Origin: Antedon mediterranea
Taxonomy: Eukaryota > Animalia > Echinodermata
Assembly: GCF_964355755.1 (NCBI RefSeq)
Contig: NC_092673.1
Coordinates: 34,655,648 to 34,719,647, forward strand
Length of the DNA: 64,000 nt
Reading direction: 5' to 3'
Position numbers and translations under genes: made by a program. Each line of letters begins with the position of its first letter. The stretch's first letter is position 1. Below the pieces are notes generated by a model. That model was not told where the DNA came from and made no database searches. It worked only from the letters and a program-made list of their open reading frames with translations. Below are positions 1 to 64,000 of the stretch, in pieces.

Positions 1-1441
1 GTGATCCTTTTAACTTTCGAACCATTGGCATTTTTGGAGGAGGAGGGATTCTTTTACCAGGTTGAGGCTTGGGTGGAGGAGGTGGCTGTAGTCTTTGAAG
101 AAATACTGTTTTGCTATGGTTTCCAAAATCACTGTAAATCATTTTAGAAGGTGACCAATGAAGTTTATCTAATAGAGCATTATCTGTCAACAAGTTATGA
201 GTAGCTTTATAAACTTCAGTAGGTTCATCAACTTGTTTTGCTAAATCTGCCATTATGCCAGATGCTAAAGCCATCCAGCATCGCAAGTCAATATGTCTTT
301 CACTATCAGATGGGTGAGATGCCCGTGGAAAATCATCAAGGCCGGATGTCAATGTTTTTGGATTTAATTCTCTGTCTGTTTTAGAATCTCTACCTCTCCA
401 GCGATATGAGGATGGAACAGGCCCAGACTGAGTCGTGTTGTACCAATTGTACCATACTTTGAGACGAGGAAATATTCTTGAAATAAACTGTTTACTGGTT
501 TCAGCTTTAGAGTCAATAGTTCTCAGGATTGATTGAATCGAAAGAAACAACGTTGGAGGATTTGCATTCTCATTATTTTGCACTACAAATTCATCTGGTA
601 CTCTACTTCTCGCTTCCTGACCTAAAATCTGTTCCCGCGGAATCCATCCTTCAATATTCATCAGGTCAAGCCAGTGACCAATAATGTCCATACTGATATC
701 TGGATTCCACTGACTGATTAATAGATTATGGAATCCTTCATCCCAAAGAAATCCTCTAGGAAAGAAAGAACGAGATGGCACTGCAGTGTATAGAGCACTT
801 TCCCAGTAATCTACAGGCTTGTTGGTGTACTTTGATTTTACAATTGAGCTTCCGTAAAAGTATCCTATCCCTCCAATCAAATTGCTAAGGATAGCTTTAG
901 CAATTTTAATCTGTTTTGCACTATATCCCTTTTTAACGAGTCCAAACTTTTGCTCAAAATCACCATCAAACTTAGTCTTATATTTTGCTAGTTCTTGGTT
1001 TAAGACTAATCCAGAAAGATGGTTAGGCCTCTGAGCAAAACTACCAGACTCAAAAACAACTTCCACTTCAAATGGTAAAGTGAGAGTTACTTGATGAACC
1101 ATAAAATTTGGTTCAATATCTGTTATCTGATTGATTTTAAGTATATCACCAACAAGTCCGACAATTTTTTTCCCGCCTTTAAATGGGTAGGACCGAAGAC
1201 CAGTCTTCATGACCACGTCTTTCAGCACATGTATGCTTGGAGAGTAGGTGCTTAAATAATGCGTTTTTATAGTATTTTTCGACTGTAGAAACTTCATAGT
1301 GAATTGTCCAAGTTCATTGGTAACACCTTGGATCTCTTGCAGATATGTGCCATCGGCTGATGTCTTGTACTGCATTTTGCCATTTCCGTCTAATGCGGCA
1401 TAGAAGAGAATTGATACAACTGACGTACTATTCTGTTTGGT
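1..1441 (-). CDS. MOGS: Mannosyl-oligosaccharide glucosidase (glucosidase I, GH63), exon 2, continuing beyond the window start
   Basis: Acceptor ttcag| precedes 1441 (phase 0). The reverse strand reads TKQNSTSVVSILFYAALDG...LYTAVPSRSFFPRGFLWDEGFHNLLISQWNPDISMDIIGHWLDLMNIEGWIPREQILG...NANPPTLFL, which are the hallmark GH63 motifs. Confidence 0.96.
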
Positions 1442-1715
1442 CTGAAATTAAGAATACAATATTTGCAAATAAAAAGTTTATCGTACAGGCCTATCACATT
1501 GGGATGAAATTCAAAATTTATCTACTGTATTGTATTAATCAAAATTGTAAAATAAAATTTATCATTTAAAAAAGGGAAATGAAAATATGAATTTACAATG
1601 AACAGTAAGAAATATAAAGTGCAATACAGTTTAATAAAGTAATTAATAGTTCAGATCATTCAATAATTGTTGTAGGACAAAGGAAAATGTAGCAGTATAT
1701 TGTCAAGGAACTTAC

Positions 1716-2651
1716 AGTATTTTTTCCAGATATTCTGACTGACCAATCTCCTCCGTGATCACCACCAGGACGTTTTACAAATTCTGTCATCAAGGTAAAA
1801 CCTTTTTCCACAATTTCTTGCACACCAAAGTTAACCCCATCATGCATCAACCATCCAAACTTTGGCAAAGCATCCGAATGTTCACAATTGTGCCGAACAG
1901 AAAACTTTTTTGCAGGTAAAAACTGAGTAAACCACATTAAACCAGTAACTAAAGAGTTAGAACTTCTTGTACGCATGCCAAAATATGATCCCGGACGATA
2001 TGTTCCCCAAAACCTATCATTTTGTGTTTGTTGAGATTGTTTTAGCGACACATGTTTGTTGTTATTAATATTACTAGTAATGACCTTTGGTACATCCAAA
2101 GGAGTATATACCTTTGATGCTAAGCTGTATGTATACCACATGTAGAAACCTATTGACACTGAACTCAAGATAACAACCGCAACAAAACGTAATCCGATAT
2201 TTGTCTTGGCTGCTGATAAGATGCCCTTCTGTTTGGACGACCTACGTTGCGAAATACCACCCTGGTTTGTAGTAGAGCCATTATTTACGGAAGTAACTTC
2301 CATTTTGTTTGGACCAGGGGGGCTTTGAATATTCCTTTTTCTCGCCATTGTACCGTCCTCTTGTCCAGAAACTGAAGTATGGAAGTCACCAATATCAGTA
2401 TTTAGTTCTAATAATTCATTTTCGTTGGGTAATTCTACAAATTTTTTATCATTTTTACTCTCAATACAATCACTTCCTGATTCCTTAAAATTCTTACGGG
2501 AAAACCCTTCTAATTCACTATTATCTTCGTTTATATTACCGAAATCACTTCCGTCCAAGCCGTCGATGTTTCCTGTTGACGTGGACTGGCAAACGAGCCC
2601 ATACGGGCTTTTTACCTTTTCTTCCCCAGCAATTATTGCCATGCTGTCCAT
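1716..2651 (-). CDS. MOGS: Mannosyl-oligosaccharide glucosidase exon 1 (start at 2651, or at the internal MARKR Met at 2348)
   Basis: ORF 1656..2651 has a type II TM segment (LRFVAVVILSSVSIGFYMWY) followed by FWGTYRPGSYFGMRTRS...GLMWF...RHNCE...WLMHDGVNFGVQEI...FVKRPGGDHGGDWSVRI. The donor ACT|GTAAG at 1715 joins exon 2 in frame. Confidence 0.93.
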
Positions 2652-3024
2652 TTTCTCAAGCCTAGAAAACGCTGGATTAAAATGAAAGACCTAAGCTGCT
2701 AATATTTAATTTATTGGAGGAAAGCAAAATATATTAATTATTATAGCCTTACTAAAAAATTAATTTATTTATAAACATTTATTATAATAGTTTATTTACT
2801 ATTTGTTGAATTTATTTATAGAAAAAGTTCTTTAATATTAAGATTAAAGAAGTACTTTTTCATATTTTTAGTAAGTTAGTGTGTCTCAGTTCGCTCGTTT
2901 TTAAAAACACAATGAGGGCGCTATAGTTGTTATGATTTTTATTTTTAACACAGGAAAATTAACTTGCTTAGCCCTTTTCTCTGTGTGTGCGGCAAAAGCA
3001 ATTTAATAAAAAAAAATAACGAAA
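2652..3024. promoter_or_regulatory. Putative bidirectional promoter between MOGS and KPTN
   Basis: The two divergent start codons are only about 370 bp apart. Transcription start sites cannot be seen in the sequence. Confidence 0.6.
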
Positions 3025-3253
3025 ATGGCGCAAGATAAATACTTTCACGAAGCTCATTTCTGTTCTTTGTCTTCACAGGGCAATGTATACGGCATGACTA
3101 AAGTTAAATCTCAGGTTGATCGGTCTTTCAAGATACTTGTGTCATCTGGGAAAGCTGGGCAGATCACATGCATTGGGTTTCAACGTGATGAAACAACATC
3201 TTCCCTGAAACCTATTTCAATTGAGCTTGAGGCTGGAGACCTTTCCATTCCAG
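3025..3253 (+). CDS. KPTN: Kaptin (KICSTOR complex subunit) exon 1
   Basis: MAQDKYFHEAHFCSLSSQGNVYG matches the kaptin N-terminal F-x-E-x-x-F...SSQ-x-NVYG motif. The donor CCAG|GT at 3254 is phase 1. Confidence 0.88.
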
Positions 3254-3396
3254 GTGTGAATGACGTCATTCATTTTATGAGTTGTTCTTCTGGTTTTCAT
3301 TAGAATCAATACGGAGTTTTTAAATGATAACATATAGGCCTAGGCCTACAAACATTAATTAGGGAACTTTTAGACCATGTGAACATGGAGGTTTAC

Positions 3397-4445
3397 GATG
3401 AAAGCGGTCGCGTCTGAAATCGGTCGCGATAAAATCAACTTCCGATATTTTGTATGGCGCGCCACTAGAGCTATACGTTTGATGATATCGTTCGCGTTTA
3501 AAATCGGCCGCGCTATTTTGTATCTCGCTCCATACATGCTAGCAGGATATACATTTTCTTCGTTTATATGGTCTAGATTTAATTTATATTTTTTAGAAAC
3601 TAGATAATTTATGTGGCGATTTTTTATTTTGGTTAATAAATATTTATAATTATTATTTTTTTATTTCACAGGTCACAGAGAAGGACTGTGTCTTGTCAAA
3701 ATGGCCATTTCTAAACACGTTTAAATATTTTATTAGGCATATAATAATTTACCTCTATTTTATTATGTACTCTAATTAATATATTATATAGGGAATATAC
3801 GTCTGTGTCTTTTATTATGCAAAAAATTACGTAAAAGAGAACAATTTATTAAAAAACAATAATTGTTACAATGTATAGCCCGTAATACTTAATGCATACT
3901 GTGGCAGATATATCATATCCATGTCGTTAACAACTTACTATTGGATCACCTTATATCATATCCATGTCGTACTATTGGATCACCTTTTTATATCATATCC
4001 ATGTCGTACTATTGGATCACCTTATATCATATCCATGTCGTTAACAACTTACTATTGGATCACCTTATATCATATCCATGTCGTTAACAACTTACTATTG
4101 GATCACCTTATATCATATCCATGTCGTACTATTGGATCACCTTATTTTACTTTCTATTTTATTTATGTCCGTATGTAGGATAATATTAAGTATATAATGA
4201 TTATTGTTGAGGCAAATCACGTGTATATTTTTATTTCTAATGTTTAGGCCTAAAATAGTTTCTAGTAAAAATGATTATTATATGCGGATCATTTTCATTA
4301 AAAATGTATCTAGTGCATCCCATGCAAAATAGCACGACCGATTTCAAACGCGACCGATATCATCAAACGTATAGCTCTAGCGGAAGTTGATTTCAGACGC
4401 GACCGATTTTAAACGTGACCGATTTCAGACGCGACCGATTTCATC
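3397..4445. mobile_element. Non-autonomous inverted-repeat (MITE/foldback-like) element in the KPTN intron
   Basis: 3397-~3555 (gatgaaagcggtcgcgtctgaaatcggtcgcg...ctagagctatacgtttgatgatatcg) is an imperfect reverse complement of ~4301-4445. The core is AT-rich. No clear TSD. Confidence 0.75.
3909..4144 (+). repeat. Minisatellite of six units in two lengths (about 43 and 34 bp)
   Basis: Unit tatatcatatccatgtcg[ttaacaact]tactattggatcacct, in the order long-short-short-long-long-short. Confidence 0.92.
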
Positions 4446-4946
4446 TGACACCAACATGGACGCCGTTCACGTCAATGTTTTTAGGTGCACAGGCTACAGC
4501 AAATCCATTCATATACATAGGCTAGTAGCGCGCCTAGCCCCCAAAATTATGTGAAAATCCAAAAGTTTATATTCAACATAGAATATTGTGAAAAAGAAAA
4601 AAGTATCTGCATGCACATGAAGAATAAGCAAACCACAGTAGAGAATGAGTACAATTACATCGTTTATGACCCCCAAAGAAATCAGCTGCATAGTCTACCA
4701 CCTAATCCCTAGATAAACCTAATCCCTAGATAAACCTAACCTACACTATAACTGAACCTGTTAGCATCTTTAATCTCTTCCACCCAACAAAAATCATCCA
4801 GCCGATATCGATGGCAGTCGTAGTATCTTGTACAGTTGTACAGTATACCAAACTTAGACTTTCAAAATGTTTTTAGATTGTTTCAGAGGAAGCTTCAGAA
4901 ATTTAAATATCTGATAAACATTGGTGTATTCTTACTTTTTATTTAG

Positions 4947-6052
4947 ATGGAGCTGAACTGTTGAGTCTTGACACTTTTCAGTTAGATGATATTTTGCTAC
5001 TTGGATTCTGTTTCACAAAAGAGGACACGATTGACAACAATACAATCCAGTGGCTAAATGCCTCCAACATCATCTCCACCCAACTAGAGCCTGGCGCAGA
5101 CTTCACCGTGGCAGGTTTAATGCAAGGTTTGAGTTCTGTTGAACTAGATTTTAACTGTCTCTTTCTGAAACATAGACTCATCAAGCAAAATGGCATGACT
5201 GTCCATCTTTGTTTGATGAGTGGTGATGACTCTAAAGTTCACTTGTTCACTTTAGAAAGAGAGGATTTTGGAAACACAATTAAATGTTGTGAAGTATCAT
5301 GCGAGATTTTTTTCCCAGAATTTAAAGAACTTGAAAGCTGTGTGATTTGTCTTGATTTCTTAGAAATCGGGGACAAACGAATTTCAGCGATTGGTTGCGA
5401 CAATGGCTCTGTATTAGTATTTGTCGTTGACTTGAAGTCGTTGCACATATTAGAATCTTGGAAAACGAGGCATGACCATCCTATCATTGTCGTTAAATTG
5501 TTCTCCAACATGATCAGTCCAGATTCTAAAGCTGCATTAGAAATTTGCCATTTGTTGGCATCTTCTGTTACAACTACCTCTGTTGTTTATCGTAACATTT
5601 TACAAAATGGATTTACAAATGTGAAATCTCTTTACAATTCAAATAGTCATGATTTAGTGATGTGTGCATGTGTGGCCGATATTGATTGGGATGGCGAACC
5701 GGCGATCATACTTGGCACAAACGGTCATTGTTTATTGGCGTACAAGTGGTATTGCGAGGATAAAACTACATTGACAATTCAAACTTCAGACTCACCAGGA
5801 CAAGATGCAGAAGAGGAAGAGGATGATCTCTGGCTGCCAATGGAAGAGTATAGATTAACATATATACGTAAATTTTCTCATCCATTAATGGGGCTTGAGT
5901 ATGTTGACATGACTGGGGATGGTGTGTGTGAATTGGTTATCTTATGCTCAGATGGAGTAAGGATTCTTCAACATAATTTGGAAAAAGCAAAAAATGAAGT
6001 TATGGAAAGACTAAAAAAGTTTAAAACGGTAAAAGATGATGACAACAAATAA
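4947..6052 (+). CDS. KPTN: Kaptin exon 2 (terminal coding exon)
   Basis: Acceptor tttag| (phase 1) gives IP-D-GAELLSLDTF. Further motifs are LMSGDDSKVHLF, FFPEF, SAIGCDNG, D-x-V-x-C...DIDWDGE..IILGTNG..LLAYK and YVDMTGDGVCELVILCSDGVRILQHNL. The TAA stop is at 6050-6052. Confidence 0.92.
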
Positions 6053-8518
6053 GATGATGACAACAAATAAAATGATTGTGATAAATAATAAAACATATAC
6101 ACTATGACCATTAGAGTTATTAAAATGAGACAATATTTTTTGTACAATTGTATTGTCTTGTTTCTGCTTTTTTTATGTTTTTATATATTTTATTTATTTA
6201 TTTCAACAATATTTTATGGGGGTGGTCCATCCAGCATCAGTTGATCATTAGGGACCCTCAAACAATACAAACAGAAAATACAAAATAAACTATAAAAATA
6301 CAAAATTAACAAAGATAAAAATAGTTCGCTTCGCATATCTTGTTCAGTTCACAATGTACTGTACCTTTGTACAGAATTGTAGAAGTAAACTTTACGTTAA
6401 ATTTCCCTCTGTTGTAAATCTATTTTATGGATCAAATAATCACAGTAGAGGTGAGTTCATATACTGAGCTTTCGATTTGCTCGAGTGCTCATAAATGTAT
6501 GAGACAACTCAATGAGAACTAGAATTTGACACAGAAAAATGGATATAATATGCGTATAAATAAGATCAAGCTTTTATATTTGCCTATAGTACTAGTGGAA
6601 ATATGCAGATGAATGGATATAAGAAAAGTTGTTATTCAAAATAATAATGAATGTTTATGACTGCTCTATTTTTAACGAGGCGCAAGCATGAATATTCTCT
6701 CTATCCGACCATTACAAAACATTCATCACTTATTAATCAATTTATCCATGATAAATCAGTGCTCCAACTTTAAACGCAGAGTAGAAAAGTTATAAACAAG
6801 TTGATTTCCGAACGTGATCAGTCAACATTGTGTGCCAAAAATTCTCACAATTTTAACTTGCATTAAAGCATGTTCATTATATATTTTTTTGTTAAATGGG
6901 GCTAATTTCAAGTGATGTGTAATTGACCAATCAAATTGCAAGAATACAATCAGGTGTCTTATAATATCAGTATTGAATAAATAAAGTAAAATCCATTTCG
7001 TAAGTAATCAAGCTTTATTGACTCAATTTATTAATCTTGATATCACAATTAAATTGCATTTAATATTAATTCTTTCATTTTGTACACACTAGTTTACATG
7101 GTAAAAATCTTAGTCTTTCACAATTAATGTCACAATTTTTAAAATGCTGAAGCTATAATAATATTTATGTACACCATATTTAATTCTACCAAAATAATGT
7201 AGTGACTTATATTTATTAGTTGTGGCATTTATTATGTCACAGTCGTCTTCCCCACCTGCTATAGGTCTACAAATACAGCATACCCAATCTGTCTTGGACC
7301 TGATAGCCTAGCCTAAAGTGATGCCTTTTAGGCTAGCTAGGCCTAGGTCCTAGAATAAATAAGCAGATTGAATATATAATATAATATATATAATATAATT
7401 TATGCCAACAACGTTTTTAGTTATACGCAGATAAATCGGATGCTATGGCCTCTTATTAACTATAGAAGTAAAAAATGGACACCCCCATAGTCAATGTTAC
7501 ACAATTATTTGTAATTCAAATGTTTAAACTTACAATTTTCGTCACTTCTTTTAAGTTTAATTAATTCATTCGCGCCGCCGCCGACAAGTCATAGGCCTCG
7601 TCGTCGTACGTATGTGGTCTGGTTGTTTGGCTATTTTATTTTGCACATAGAGGATGTTCCATGTGTGGCCGCCGGTCTTCACATGTGATTTACGTGTCGC
7701 CGATTGGTCAGTAGTTCAGTTGTCTGACTTAATTACGCATGTGCATCCGGGTTATGTAGCGGTTTGTTATTGATGACGTAAAAACCAGAATTTAATTGTC
7801 TCGGATTTAAACATTGATCATCAAAAACAAAATGCAGATCTACTATTTTTCTTGTCTCCAACATCCTAAAAAAATGACGTTAACCAAATTTGTGTAAATT
7901 TATCTTTACAGTTTTAAACTGCTGTTTTAGGTGCTCCAAATGCAAGATATACACATATACACACGTATGTATGTATATATACACAAAAAGATGTACTTAG
8001 TCCAATGCTATTTTGTAATAGTTTATTGCAACTAAATTAACTGCTGATCTTTATTTTCAAATTATATCAGAAGTTTTTGTAATATTACATTATACTATAA
8101 TATATATAATATATAATTTTTTAATTAATTTTTAATGTAACTAATGTCTACCATTAATTTTTATTTATTCTTTTTCCACTTTCCAAGTACAAATAACTTT
8201 ACTTTTTAAAAAAACAGTCTGATTTATGCCTATTGCATTGATTTAATCTTTTACTCTATATACACAGTAATAAAGTATTGCATAAACTTTATAGACTTTC
8301 ATTTATTTTTAAAACATATTCAAATGTTTATTAAAATCAATAAATATAATAGTTCATTTACAATTTAATAACAATAGAATTGCTCTATTTTTATAACAAA
8401 TAATTAAAAATCTGTAATATATATATATATATACTGTATACACAAACCATTGTGAATATATAGAATCCACCATACACTGTATTGCATTTGTAGCTGTGTC
8501 TACAAGCTCTTCGAAAGT

Positions 8519-63950
<55,432 letters not shown>

Positions 63951-64000
63951 CTGTGGAATAAAAACAATTGATAATAATCAGCATGATTATTTTATTTATT

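Noticed and set aside
3909-4144. CRISPR-like array
   Set aside because: There are no unique spacers; it is a tandem minisatellite in a eukaryotic intron.
6215-6260. Conserved ncRNA-like motif shared with about 14403-14447 (ccatccagca...tgatcattagggaccctca)
   Set aside because: It is more simply explained as a short dispersed retroposon-tail remnant, and there is no structural evidence for an RNA gene.

Overview
AT-rich eukaryotic (animal, invertebrate-like) genomic DNA with spliceosomal introns; it is not prokaryotic. It holds three protein-coding genes. (1) MOGS (ER glucosidase I) is on the minus strand and runs off the left edge. (2) Kaptin (KPTN, a KICSTOR subunit) is on the plus strand, head-to-head with MOGS. 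(3) A very large phospholipase C epsilon (PLCE1-like) gene lies on the minus strand from beyond 63950 down to 8519. I assembled it by hand into 32 phase-consistent coding exons (12,186 nt, about 4,060 aa, with the 5' end still outside the window). Its architecture is unusual: FERM-like lobes spliced in frame to the RasGEF domain, a 3.5-kb exon adding about 1,170 acidic residues to the X-Y linker, a roughly 430-aa insertion inside RA1, and a roughly 630-aa charged C-terminal tail. The Y domain contains a U12-type AT-AC intron. The introns carry many non-autonomous transposons: Harbinger-, Kolobok- and pogo-like MITEs, a hAT element with a 5-bp TSD, tRNA-derived SINEs, and RTE, CR1/L2 and Penelope fragments. 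All family assignments come from motif recognition, not database searches.
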